A stretch of 64,000 bases of DNA from Amoebophrya sp. A120 (lineage: Eukaryota; Protista; Dinoflagellata). Positions 38,001-50,076 of the stretch are shown piece by piece; the stretch's first letter is position 1, and each line of letters starts with the position of its first letter. Below the pieces are notes generated by a model. It searched no databases. It was not told the DNA's origin and worked only from the letters and a program-made list of their open reading frames with translations. The stretch lies in assembly GCA_905178155.1 (NCBI GenBank), contig CAJINV010000014.1, positions 1,826,593 to 1,890,592 on the forward strand, written 5' to 3'. Both the position numbers and the translations under genes were made by a program.

Positions 38001-38625
38001 TTTCTGTGGATAACTCGGACCAATCCGTGTCCGAAGAGCCGGCTTCTGATCCGGATTCATCATCTGTTGCAATTTCTTCTGCATCATTTTCATTCCCGCC
38101 CTCACTGAGCTCCTCAACGGAATCCTCGACATTCTCCTCCTCCTCCTCCTCTTCGTCCGAAGACACTTTCTCGGCTTTGTCTTCTCGTTCGAGCGCGTAG
38201 AACTTCTGCAGCTGGCGGTTGATCGGCTTATTTGAAGATTCCTTCATTTTCATCTTGCCGGCGCCCTGCGAAATAGACGAAGAAACCCCCCGGGACTTCT
38301 TATTTTTCCGGTCTCCTCCATTTACTTCGTTCACGACCTCCTTCTTCAAAGGCCGTCCGCGGCTGTCCACGGCCGCTTTGCCACCACTCCCACCCTCGTT
38401 GAACTTTTCTTCGGTGAACATCTTGGCAAATCTCTGGTCCACCTTTACCTTCTTCACATCCTGGGGAGCTTGCTTGAACCGGGCCGCATGCAGGTTGAAG
38501 CGGTTGTCGCTGGACGATGAAGATGCAGCTGGCGCATTCTTTCCTCCTGCCACGACAGCTGCGGACGCCGTTTTCGCCACCGAAGCGGTGGCTTTGCTCA
38601 TCTTCATCGACTTCTTATTTTTCAT
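35029..38625 (-). CDS. ESF1: Pre-rRNA-processing protein ESF1 homolog, 4 exons
   Basis: KVKVDQRF..MF, VDSRGR, RLAFQTLDWDTVTAEDIF, RKYNLRKLQYFFAV, and NUC153-like DDRFAKLFNDPEFGIDPT; three elements removed in frame. Confidence 0.92.
35829..36213. mobile_element. Introner-like element, family B, with nested ~98-bp insertion
   Basis: Family B TIR; DR ttcat; frame restored (AENE/TMGA). Confidence 0.92.
37045..37278. mobile_element. Introner-like element, family C
   Basis: tatgacagcgcacaact / agttgtgcactctcata; DR ttgta; frame restored. Confidence 0.92.
37903..38012. mobile_element. Introner-like element, family D
   Basis: tatccaggaaaaaac / ttttttctgtggata; DR actcg; frame restored (WSE/SEDS). 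Confidence 0.92.
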
Positions 38626-39565
38626 GATGGGCAAACGCAGAGCTAGATGTTTTTCGTGTATAGTAATGAAGAAGCCGCTACGGTTGAGCGAACGGCGATT
38701 TTACAAGAAATCTACGAATAAACTCGAACTCCAACTCGATGAATAAAAAATAGTAGATACTATGATGCAACACGGAACTTAAAAAAACTCACCTTCTTCA
38801 ACACTGGTCAACAAAAAACAACGTCGTCACTGATTTCGCCGATGCCAGCGTAAGAGATCTTCAGGGCCAGCTGATCGCGATCCTGACTTACGACAGGAAA
38901 CCATGATTTCAGATTTTTGTCTTCCTATGTTGATGTCAGATCGTCGTGGAATGAGCCTTGGTTCACGATTCCACTCGTTATGTAGACGTACGTTGATGAT
39001 CATTGACTTCTTTTCTCGATCTTGTTTCTTCTCTTGATTTTCATTTTTCGGTCACAATTTCCTGATCTTCTGACAAATTTTCTGATCTTGCCGCATCTTG
39101 CGTCGTCAATCGTGCCTTCATGAGAACGAGGAGCTCATTTTTTTCTTTCGTCCAAATTGATTAACGAGGGCAGTTACAACTACACCTCCGGGGGGAAGAA
39201 GAAGATCGGGAACACAGAGTTTGATCGACAGACGACATTGAACACCAGCACCAAAATCATACAGAAAAGCTTCTGCATTGCGAGATCGTGCCACGCTCGC
39301 GTTGTAGTGCCGAATCAAAGGGCAACTACTGTCGAAAATACATGCGCGTACAAAATATGTATGTGAAGCGTCGTGGTCAGTCGTTTTACTTTCAATGCTG
39401 AAACGAAAACAATTTATGGTCGCCAGTAAAATTTGTTGCTTCTTCATGCCCATCCGTCCCCATGCAGGAGGTCACGTGCAATAGCAATTTACAGGAGTTT
39501 CTGCTTTCAAAGAAATGAAGCCAGATAACAACTACGCAGCAGCAACTGCGTTCATCCTTGCCGTG

Positions 39566-39883
39566 TCAGTCCTCTTTCCAGCAGTGCGCACACTTCTCGC
39601 ACTTGTAGAATATCGTCATCGGCTCATCCGCACTCCGGGTCTGCATTTGTCGAAAGTAGGCGTAGCCGTGCATGCACACCGGACACTGTGTCGACATCTT
39701 TTCCACGTCTTTCCACGCTTCGGGGCCACCTAGTACGTCGGAGACTTGCTTGTTGACGAACTCCGTTTTTGAGAAGTACTTCTTTCGGTACACAAACTGG
39801 TACGGGCATGTTTGGCACACGAGCTTGCTTTTCAGATTGTCCACCAGAAGTAGGGAACTACAGGACGGGCAGAAAGTCGCCAT
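39566..39883 (-). CDS. POLR3K: RNA polymerase III subunit C11 (RPC10/RPC11), intronless
   Basis: FCPSC..CQTCPY zinc ribbon, DVLGG..AW, and TFIIS-like QMQTRSADEPMTIFYKCEKCAHCWKE. Confidence 0.95.
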   Translation of the reverse strand: MATFCPSCSSLLLVDNLKSKLVCQTCPYQFVYRKKYFSKTEFVNKQVSDVLGGPEAWKDVEKMSTQCPVCMHGYAYFRQMQTRSADEPMTIFYKCEKCAHCWKED

Positions 39884-40893
39884 GGTTTAGAAGATTGATG
39901 ATTGTGGAAAAAAAATACTTGTCTTCAATGTTGCTGCAAATAAGCTAGCTTATTCGTGTAGACAACGTGGCGTGCCAGTCAAAATCAAATCACGCATTAG
40001 AGTACAGCTCTTGCATACTTGTTTTTTCATCATCTAGGTTGTGCTTCCATATTTGCATCCCTAAGCCGTGGCCTGCAGAAACAGAAAATTTTCATTTGCC
40101 AGGAGAAGGATTGAGGTTGTAACATGAGTTTTATTTTTTCATTTCTTCGCCAATGTCGAATTTCTATTGTGTCGTGATCCCAGTCTTGATCCGGTCTGCT
40201 CTACCGTGAGTGTACGATTTTCCTTTCCGCCAGACACAAGTAGGATCCTTTCTACTCCTCCTCCAGTAGGATCCTCCGCGTTATTTGCAGTTCGGTCTCT
40301 AAATCAAACGTGGATCGCAAAAAAATCAAGGTCGTGAGAAAGATCTTGTGCAGCTCGTCTCCTTGTTGTGACCTTACAAAGTGGACGATAGAACGATGAA
40401 CGATATCAAGATCCTGTCGTTGAGTCGCGATGTCGGTGTGATCATGTTGGAAATAACAAGCGGTCCTGAAAAGACCTCAACACCGGCTTGCTGTCTTTTT
40501 CAGCAAGAACTACATTCTGACCAGTAACAGGATCATCATCATCATCATGATCCCGAAGTCGTAAAATGACTGCCCACCCCTGCGCCTGGAGAAGTGGTCT
40601 TCCGCGCACTATAATTCAATCTTCTGAAGAGACGTAGGGCAATTTGCGATCAGTCGCGGAACAACTTCTAAACTAGTACTTCCTTCCATCCGCCTACTCC
40701 TCAAGGTAGCGCTTCTGCGGGCATCAAGCCGAGCTAATTGAAGTCCGATAATTTTTCGTCGTGGTCCATCATACAAGGTAGTGGTAGATCGGCAGGAACA
40801 AGTACACTTAGAAACGAAACCGGAATGACATAATTTTAGACCTGCTAAAACGAAGCACGTGCAGGATCGCTAACAGTTACTATGGCATTGCTT

Positions 40894-42207
40894 TCACGCG
40901 TCACTACTTTTTGTTTTATTCTCTAGTGCTGATGCGACTTCTTTGAGTGTGGCCATTTTCTTCACCCCAGCTTCAACTTTTATCTTGTTCCCCATCGTTT
41001 TTGAACTTGACTTAGCCGAAGATCCTGGATCCGAATCGGTCCCGCATTTGGCAGTGGTGCGCGATGTGGCGGTTTTCCAAGAAAGCCTGCGTCTTCGACA
41101 CACCTGCATAATTGATGCATCTACAGATTTTTTTTTTTAGTCGTACTTGCTTTGTCTTGGTTGCGCAGCTTGCTTCTCTTCTTCACATCCTTAAAGTTAA
41201 ATCGCAGGAGCTGGAGCAAGATGCTAGTGCATGACAAGATCACGAACATGAATTATAGTGGTCCAGCCTCCAGCATCAAAAAATAAATGTACTCGTCGCT
41301 GCTGTCGGCAGCGGGGGTTCGCCGGGGCCGCCGATCGGTGGTAGCTCGGCCCGCTCCGGGTACCGCACCAACCACGGCGGGGGGAGGTCTTGGGCTATTA
41401 AGGGAAGGAAGTTAGCGTGCAGCAATGATAAATTCTATACGAGTCAGAGTTCCCTCCACCAAATCCAAAAATATACATTCCCGCACCAGTTGTGCCATGA
41501 AATAACATGATCATCTTCCGAGTTGGAGTTCTAGATCATAATCTTCCGAATAGAACGGAAGCAAAAAAGTTGAAGAAGGTGTAGATCAAGTACTCACCTG
41601 TTTCATCATCATAGTCTTTCGCGAAGGGCGGTCGCAACTGGCAGCCGCCGAGATTCTTCACCCGCGCTTTGTAGGCGATGTAACGGCCCTCGTGGTACAC
41701 GGGGTTCGTTTCTGCTTCCACAAAACTCATCGACTCGGGTTGGTGCTGCTGTAGTTCCGGGTCTTGCTGTAATTCGCTCACCATCTGCTGCTGGGCCTGC
41801 GCTTCCGCCGTGGCGAGTAGCTGTTGGTCCGCCGCACTTCTGGCTGACGCAGGTAGCACCTCTGCCTGCCCCTGCACGACTTCGGCTGGACTTTTACCCC
41901 TGGCAGACCCTCCGGCGGAACCCGGAGCGAGGGCCTGCTCACTCCGGGCAGAGCCGGGTGCAGCTGGTGGAAGCCCCGGGTGCAGGTTCTGGGTCAGAAC
42001 GACGGGAGCAGCTGGCCCTGGAGCGGCCCCGGAGGCCGGAGCCGGGTTCAGTGCATTTTGCGCAACTACACCCGGCGGCGCACCCGCTCCCCCGGCGGAG
42101 CTGAGGCCGCTACGACTGGGCGGCTTCGTTGCGAACGGAATGGAGCTACAGGTGGAGGGAGGCCGCTCCGAAAAAGTAACCGTGTTCGTCTTGGTCGTGT
42201 CGGGCAT
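40894..42207 (-). CDS. Hypothetical protein with a canonical intron (41395-41597); 3' end uncertain
   Basis: ORF 41536-42207; donor gtgagt, branch-point-like ctaac, acceptor taatag; next exon reads in frame. Confidence 0.5.
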
Positions 42208-43074
42208 CGTGATTGTACTGGGGTTCTTGATCTATAATTGACTGTGATCGACTATTTAGTCGTGAAGGGGGAGACAAGTTGTTCCCCGTTTCAAAAAATT
42301 CGTACTTCTATACCCTATTCATTTTGATCTGTGACGATTTCAAGATCTGTCATCTCGTTCTTGGCATTCATGTTTCCAAAATGAGATAGAGAGGACAGTG
42401 TTATCAAAAAATACAACTGTTGCTGACTGTTAGTGAATCGCGGCCATAGCTTGAGGCAAATCAACGCGAAACAAAACTACGGAGTCAGCAAATCATTTTT
42501 GTAGGACCCGCCTTTACTCGGTAGCCAGGAAACTTTATGGCATGTACCAAGTCAGGAAGCGGCAAGGAAGTTGCCGCTTGAGGTCCGGAAGTCGCTAGCT
42601 AGAAAAGAGCCGCGCTGCCTTTGAGGTACATTGGGACGAAGGTCGTGTATAATTCTAGTCATACTACAATAGATGGTTCTACTCTCGACGATATTCACCC
42701 CTCTCTAAAGGTTCGCTCCATCTCGAATTTTCAGCTTTTCGGGGTCGGGCGGGAGATTTTGCTTGCATACTTATATCAAATCGAAATTTGGCCGAACGAC
42801 TACCCTTCTCGACTGCGATTGAAGACGATTTGAAGCTTCTAGTAGTCGGAACACCTTATAGGTACCTTTTCTGGCATGACCGAAGAGCATTCCGCAACTC
42901 CATTTGCGTAGCTCGGTCGTCTAAAAATATGCGGCATCGCCAAAAGAAATAAAACAGGATGCGCTACAGCATGATTTTGTGAATCCAGTAAGAGGTCACT
43001 CAAACGAATATCACGACCCGTCAATGTCAAACGGAAAGAAGATCTTTGACAGTCAATAAATCTTCCCATACAAA

Positions 43075-45149
43075 TCATTCCCTCGCAGCATCGGCGTGGA
43101 GGAGCAGCTATCAAATGTAAAAATGTCTGGGTCTGGAATGTTGCCGGGTTTGTCATGCATATTTTGCATGACCCAGGATGTCTGTAATGCACGACCTAGC
43201 ATCACAGATTTTTCGAGGGCTTCCTGATGCCTACTCCGCATGACAAATGCCCTCCCCGCGTCGCATAAGCTAGACTTATCTTGCTTGTCATGCAATACAG
43301 ATTTTTTTAGAGTCTAAACTTAGCATCACAAGTTCCAATTTTCCAGACCCAGACATATTTGCATTTCATAGCAGCAGGCACTTCGCAATTTTCTCCACTG
43401 CGTCGTCCAAAGACTCAAACTATCCTGTGCAAAAGTATCGCACTCGTACTAATCGCATTCATGCATTACAAATTATTTTCCCAAGTCAAATCCGCATGAC
43501 AAATTTTATTTCTCATACTGAGCTAATTTGTAATGCAATTAGTACTAATACGATCCTTTTCCACTGCATACAAACTCCGCCAAGTGTTTCCCAGCCACGT
43601 CTTTCAAAGGCTGTGCGGTATGGGCCACGTACTCGTTATCTGGCTGCAGGAAAATCTGCTCGCAGGCACAGGTGAGTGACAACAGCGTCCGACCGACGGC
43701 CACGGCGTACACGTATTGCAGACACTCCTTGGGAAACTGCGTCGTTCCCTGGTGGAAGTACCCGTAGCAAATGTTGGCGATGATTTCCGCAATGGATAGG
43801 GTTTCTTGGTACATGCAGGCATAGGCCGCAGTGATCCCGATGTCGTAGAGACAGTAGTCGAAGCAGCTGTCGCCGAAATCTAGCACCGCGCCGTACTCAA
43901 AGCACTTCGTGTGCAAATCGATGGCGCGGAACAAAATGTTCGTGTCGTTCAAGTCTGTGTGGACCCACTGCTTGCGAAAAAAGCGGCTGAGGAACTGTAC
44001 TTCTTTCGTTCTCCCGTGCGTGTTGTCCTGCTCGCAGTCGGGGTCTACAACTCCATTATGCTGCTTGTCATAAAGCGAAGAACTCGCTCTTCCCAATTCC
44101 TTTTCCACTTTCTCCGGCGTTAAGGGCAAAACGTTCGCAACTCGCTCGGCCAAGAGTTTTTGCAGTTTCTTCCTCTCAGGCTCATCATTTCCCAGAAATT
44201 TCTCGATTTTGTCCGCCACAACCTCGGGAATTGTGCTCGTCGACCACTTATGAAATGCAAAAGCATCGCACTCGTAAAAATCGCATTACAAATTTCCTCA
44301 GCAGTTAGAAATAGAACTTGCAATGCGGATTTATCTTAATGAAAAGCTTTGTAGTGCATGACTGCAATCGCTACGAATGCGATACTTTTGCAATGCATAC
44401 CACTCCCAGGTGAAAGTTGCGGTTTTCAAACGCCACGGGTGTCGTTCATCTGCACCCCCGCAAAAATCCTCCATGGCGTCGTGGACTTCGGCGGTTATTT
44501 CGCCCAAATGCTGGAAAAATTCTCGCGGCTTCTGCACGTACTCGGCAGTAGCGTCATCCCTCTCCGGAAAGAGCTTAGAATCGTCGATGAAAGTGATCAC
44601 GTGCACCAAACAGTTGTCCTCCTCAATGTGGTGAAGATAGGAGGGTATTGCAGTTATTTCTCTCGTAGTACAATCCGGATTTGTTGCTGTGCTAGTACCT
44701 CCATCCTCAGGCGCGGTATGAGCTTCTACCTGAACAGGGATCGGAACCGGACAGGGCACACCTTTTGCTTTCAGATGCAGCATTGCCTCCACCTGCAGTT
44801 GCACGTGGTCGGCGCTCACATATTTGCTGTTTTGCGCTTTCACAACGTACGACTTGTCCTCGTGGAGACTACTTTTCTTCAAAAACACTCGGTAGTTGTG
44901 GTCGTCGTAGCTCGGAAGCTCGGTAGTTTTGGTCAAGTCCAGCTCCCCCTCGAAGCTGAAAACTTCTGCGACCTTCTCCAAATTCAGCCGGAAATTCCGC
45001 CTCGGGTTGCCGGATATTGCTGGCTCCTGCGGCGCTTGTTGCGTACTATCAGCATGGTCGGTGGGCAGATTATGTGCAGAAGCAGCTCCCGACCCGCCTT
45101 GCTGCGGCTGCTCGGGCGGAGAGGTGCTAGCTGTGCTTGTTGCAACCAT
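43075..45149 (-). CDS. Hydroxylysine kinase / aminoglycoside-phosphotransferase-like kinase, 4 exons
   Basis: LPSYDDHNY, YVVK, HTDLNDTNIL (Brenner motif), LDFGD; three elements removed in frame ending ...LHADAARE*. Confidence 0.88.
43109..43370. mobile_element. Introner-like element, family B
   Basis: Family B TIR; DR gcagc. Confidence 0.92.
43421..43570. mobile_element. Introner-like element, family A
   Basis: Family A TIR; DR caaac; frame restored. Confidence 0.9.
44249..44399. mobile_element. Introner-like element, family A
   Basis: Family A TIR; DR ccact; frame restored (WEW/STST). Confidence 0.92.
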
Positions 45150-46288
45150 TTTCTTATTGGAGACACATCTTTTTTTGCAAATGAAGTAAACTAAAACACA
45201 CTGTAGTGCAGCATGTGTGAAGTGTGTGCTATTTAACAACGAACAAGGAAGCGCGGAACACTTGTCGCGAACTATAGGAAAAAGACCCAAACGAGTACGA
45301 TCCAAGTAGCACAGCTGCACTAAAAATCCTCGCCGCCGTGTTTCATCTGGACGTCGGGTTGCAGGACATTATATTACTCCTATGTAGGAGATGAAGATCC
45401 ACTGTGGCTATACCTTTTTGTAGTTGTACATTGTTCACGTTCCATGTCCTTCATCTCTTCTTCGCCATCGTCTGTCATGCATGATGGACATCGCGCACCA
45501 TCATGGTTTCTTGTTGTATTGATCTCTACGGTCAGTTTCTACTAAGCTCTTTTTTTCGTAAGCTTTGCTTTTACCGACGAGGAGTACTTCTTGCTAGAAA
45601 TCAATATTTAGAAATTTTGATTTTGTTTGAATGTAAAGAAGAGTGGAAGAGTGGTTTTTCAGTGAGTTTTGAAGTGCTTTTTTGTTGAGTTTGTATTTGG
45701 TATACCTTAAAGGTAAAAAGCACAAAGCTCGACAGGAGAGAGTTTTTTAAAAACAGACGCAGGCATCTAGTCCTGTGCCCGCTCTGCTGTACGTGCGTGC
45801 TTGGTGGTGCGCCCTCGTACAGCTGTTGTGTTTGCACTAGCTTCCAAAACTAGAGAAAGTGATGTTGACCTTCCGCAAAACAATTAGGTTTCCAAAACTA
45901 GTATACAATGATCAATCAATCAAAACGCACTCTCCGGTCTCGTTTAAGGAATTCTTGTCGGAGATCTTCGAAAAATCGTGGATGTGCGTGTGTTGCTAAT
46001 ACTATCACTTCTCTATTTCTACTGGCCCCTCTCAACAAATCGGGGCTACGTAGAAGGAATGGTGCGACTCCTTTGAAGAAGATATTAGCCGAAGCAATTA
46101 TGTTGACCGATAATTTGTACAAATACTAGCTTGAGAAAGTTCCATACTATAACCTCAACGACGCTCATCTTTAGCTTGAGCTTGTCTTTGTCAAGTAGAT
46201 CTCGTTATTTCAGTAAAATCTCGCGTGCTTCTTGAAAATCATGATCCCGCTTGATCGCCGCATGGTAACTCACGTCTCGCCATCAGGA

Positions 46289-47143
46289 TCAGACCATTCT
46301 CCTCCATCCGTCTGGCAAATCAAAACTCATCGCGAGCCAAGCTCCCACGCAATCTTTCTGATGAATCGCATTGCGCTTCACGGCGCTGCGCCAGGTAGAG
46401 GTAGAGTTGACCACGATGGCATCGACCAAGGCTTTGCAGTGGATGAAAAAATCTTTCGCGGACTTGTCATACAACTCCTTGGACTTGTCATAGTCATACT
46501 CCACGGAATTCTTATGCTTCGCGGCCTTGTCATTGTACCTTTGCGTGGCTGCCGCTTCCACATTTTCTTTTATTTCGTCCAGGGGTTCTTTCAAAGCTTT
46601 CTCCAGGGCGGCGGGCACCTCACTGCCCTTGTTGACAGCACCAGCCTCGGTGTTGGCAAGCGCACCCCACGCTGGGTGTTTTAACAAAGTTTCGAGCAGG
46701 GCGCTGCCGGCCTCCTTGTACACCTTCTTGACCGCCACAGAATCCGTCGCGGGATATGGAAACTGCAAATGTTTCAGCCAGACTGCTGTAGTATAGGCTT
46801 CGAAGCCTTTCCGGATTACTGATCGCAGTGCCTCTTCCCTGCGAAAGACCGCAGTTTCTTTCCATCTCAGGTACGCTTTCCTCCCGGCAGACACTCCTCG
46901 GGGGGGCAGTAGAATGTGAGAGCCATACTTCTGAGGCGCGGATTCCCCGAGATTGCTCATTGTCTCCTGCGGCTGATCGACGGGGTACGGTGCAGCTGGA
47001 GCTGGACGATGATGTTCCACCTGGTAAGCTGCAGCTGGCATCGAGGATTTGTCGGAGGGGACCTTCCAAGCCGCGCCATACGAGCGCTGCAGAAACGAAT
47101 AGATCGACACCAACGACAGCAACCGCACAGAAATCATCGTCAT
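46289..47143 (-). CDS. Putative secreted hypothetical protein, intronless
   Basis: 284-aa ORF with signal-peptide-like N-terminus and helical-looking body. Confidence 0.65.
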   Translation of the reverse strand: MTMISVRLLSLVSIYSFLQRSYGAAWKVPSDKSSMPAAAYQVEHHRPAPAAPYPVDQPQETMSNLGESAPQKYGSHILLPPRGVSAGRKAYLRWKETAVFRREEALRSVIRKGFEAYTTAVWLKHLQFPYPATDSVAVKKVYKEAGSALLETLLKHPAWGALANTEAGAVNKGSEVPAALEKALKEPLDEIKENVEAAATQRYNDKAAKHKNSVEYDYDKSKELYDKSAKDFFIHCKALVDAIVVNSTSTWRSAVKRNAIHQKDCVGAWLAMSFDLPDGWRRMV

Positions 47144-48250
47144 TTTTTTGGTACAAAATGAAGATCTGATTCTGAAGACTCGGACGTTTAAGGTAAAATA
47201 AACTGGGCTCCTTTGCAGAAAGTGGGTTGATTCTTTAGATTGGTTGCAATTGCAAATGCAAGTGCGTATCGATGGGATGCGTACACGACCGTCCAGTGTG
47301 GTAGAAGATGTAGAGAGTTTTTACAAGTGCTTAGACTTAATACGGCAAGAACTGGTCAGGGCAGCTGTTTGTTTCGAGGTGTTGCGACAACACAACGCTC
47401 CTGTAATTGAAGCGGATGCGCTAATATAAAAAAATAAATGCTCTTGGTCTTGCGAAGACAAGATAAAGTCCAAGCCGAAATAGAACAAGTTTAGTCAACC
47501 GATTTCCACAGGAAATAAAGGCCGATCGATCCTGCTGACAAAAATGTGATTTCCAAACGTCGGACTGCAGGGCCGCTCCTCCAGGTGCATTTCAGAAGTA
47601 CGACCTACTACTCCACCGACGACTGATATATTACCGACACTCGAAAAACGGTATCAAATTCTATTATTTTCTTTTGGTGATAAATCTGATCTTTTTTATT
47701 CATTTTCAGAGTCAGTCCACCTGATGGTGAAGGGAAGTGATCGCATTTTCGTGGATCTTGCATAGCATTCTTTTAGCGCCGTTGATATGAGCCAAATTAT
47801 TCCTGATTAGATCAGCGGTGCTTTATTTGGGCTTGCAACTGACCGAAAGCTCCATGCTGAACTGAAGTTGTCCACAAATTATCTTGCAGTTGTTTGAACT
47901 GAACACCGTTCTTGCCGTTCGAGTAAGGCTCCTTCGGAGTATGAGTAAAAAGCAGTAGCAAAGACAGCCGAACAAGCGCGACTCTGCTCTGCCCGCTTCT
48001 GCCCATCTTCTATATAATTTTCTTGAGTATTATGTTTATGTTGTTGCAAGTACTTATATATCTTCTGATTGTGTACGGAAAAGAACGGGAGCGCACCGGA
48101 GACACGAAGAGAGCGAAAGTTGCTTCGGGTACTAGTGTGAGAACCCAGTAGTGCGAGTGTCCAATATCTGTCTCATCATTTTTGCCCCGCAACAGAAATT
48201 CTCCAAGTACACGACTGAGCTCCACCTCCACCTCCACCTCCTTTATTTGT

Positions 48251-50076
48251 TCACTTTGTCGGTGCATTGATGTTCCGATAGCTGGCTCCCTCCTTGCTCC
48301 ACACGCCGATGGGCTGCATTCTGAAAAGCGCGAGCTTCTGCTCAAACAGCTTCAAAAGTTGGCACTGGTCCACGGTGAGTGGCTTGGTCGGTGTGCACAC
48401 GGTGTAGTCGCTGAGCATCTGGATTTTCCCGTCCTTCAATATCGTGGGAAGCCCCAGGGAGCGAAGGTGTTGCTCCATGGAAAAGGGAAGCCTGTTGTGA
48501 GGATATGGTGATGCGTAGAATAAAATATTTTTTAGCCTTGCACGAATAGAATCTGCGGAGCAACAACAAGTTAAGCGAGGTAGCAAATGACCCGTTAACT
48601 CGCACCCGCGAGATAGCCGGCCGCCCGGCCGGCCGGGCGATTAACTCGCGGTTAGAAGTGTAGACAAATCGAATTGTGGTGCAAATCTACCCCGAAGTGC
48701 TCGCCAAGGATTGGCGAGCACTTCGATTCAAATTTGTGCTACCTTTCGATTTGTCGGTACATTTCTAACCGCGAGTTAACCGTCCGCCCGGCCGGGCGGA
48801 CGGCTAACTCGCGGGCGCGAGTTAACGGGTCATTTGTTACCATCTGCTTCATTGTCAAGTCGCGGATCATCTGTCACTGCCGGCACTCCTAGTTAGGAGT
48901 GCCGGCAGTGACAGATCCGCGACTTGACAATGAAGCAGATGGAGCTATCTCCAGTGCGTTATTCTTCATTTACACTTTGTGAATAGCAAAAAACGAATTT
49001 GATTATTTCATCAGGAAAGTTTTTAAATGTGTAAGATATCTTACGCCAATTCCCCCTTCGGTATGACGAATTGTTCGGATGGGACGAGGCCGGCCCGCGC
49101 GAAGGTTTCCCTCTGGAATTCCATGAAAAATCGCTGCACTTCAGAGGGCTCCATGTCGCAGCACCTATTTTGATTTTTGGTTCGGGGTCGTGATCAAATT
49201 CATTCAGTCTTCATCTTACGCCGCACTTGTTTTAGTCTCGAGTTTAATAGGAGATTTTTTTTTCTGTATTAGGAAGCTAAAACAACCAAAAAAAAAAATA
49301 ACTGCAATCAAAAATTATCTTCTATCAGTTTTATACAGTAATGCGCATTCGTTCTGGATTTTTTCGGCCAGGTGCGATATTTTTTCGAAGATTTCGTTTT
49401 CGACACTGTTTCCGAGTGCCAGCCGCATGATGTTGTTGTTTCCCATGAATAGCACGCCTTTTTTCCCGTCTTGCTGCTTGCTGAAAAAGGCTCGCACTTC
49501 CTTCAAAAGTTCGTTTCTCTGGTTCTCCACGTTGGGATATGAAAGTCAAAAATCATCCCGCCCCCCCGCCCCGGTGCTGTACTGCTCGTCACACAGAAAT
49601 AAATATTCCACGACTTCTACGCACTGCAAAATCCAAGCTATAGACATAGTAGCCAAAGCATGATAAGTGCGCACTAGGTATCTATACTTCCAGGCCTGGA
49701 AAGATCCATTTTGAGGGCAAAATAATGATGACTGGTGTCGTGCGTGTGCGCGTACCTTCTTTGATCAATACAACGGCTCGACAAGAATAACTCGTGGTAG
49801 TGAACAAATTTATGTACTTACTATTCCTCGTCGGCCAGTAGACCCATATGCTTTTATTCAATACAGGTAGATTCTTGCCCTGTGACGAGTACTCACGGGG
49901 ACATGAAGATGCGGTTGATTTTTGAAGTTTTTTCCTCGGGATATGAGAACGAAGCAGTATTTGTGATTTTCCACAGCATCCTGAATTTTCTCGATGAGGT
50001 CGTCTTTCTTGTCTTTTGCGTCCGACTTCTTCACCTTGGACAAGGTGACCACCCGATTTCTCTTGCTGCGCGGCAT
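48251..50076 (-). CDS. MRT4: Ribosome assembly factor MRT4, 4 exons
   Basis: MPRSKRNRVVTLSKV, FARAG, LPFSMEQHLRSLGLPT, LTVDQCQLLKLF; GT-AG introns 49165-49336 and 48492-49044 plus one introner-like intron. Confidence 0.93.
48579..48841. repeat. Near-perfect 263-bp palindrome (MITE/foldback-like) in MRT4 intron
   Basis: ggtagcaaatgacccgttaactcgc...gcgagttaacgggtcatttgttacc; centre cgaagtgctcgccaa-gga-ttggcgagcacttcg. Confidence 0.9.
48840..48942. repeat. Second ~100-bp palindrome abutting the first
   Basis: ccatctgcttcattgtcaagtcgcggatc...gatccgcgacttgacaatgaagcagatgg. Confidence 0.9.
49538..49943. mobile_element. Degenerate introner-like intron of MRT4
   Basis: TAT..ATA ends with tcaaaaatc / gatttttga; DR tggga/tgaga; removal gives FVL/NVENQRN. 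Confidence 0.72.

Noticed and set aside
42449-42462. cttgaggcaaa as a relic dinoflagellate spliced leader (also tgagccaaa near 47789)
   Set aside because: Matches are too short and imperfect to distinguish from chance
35029-50076. ESF1, the kinase and MRT4 as pseudogenes because of stops and frameshifts
   Set aside because: Each disruption maps to a removable element or intron, and the joined proteins keep intact motifs
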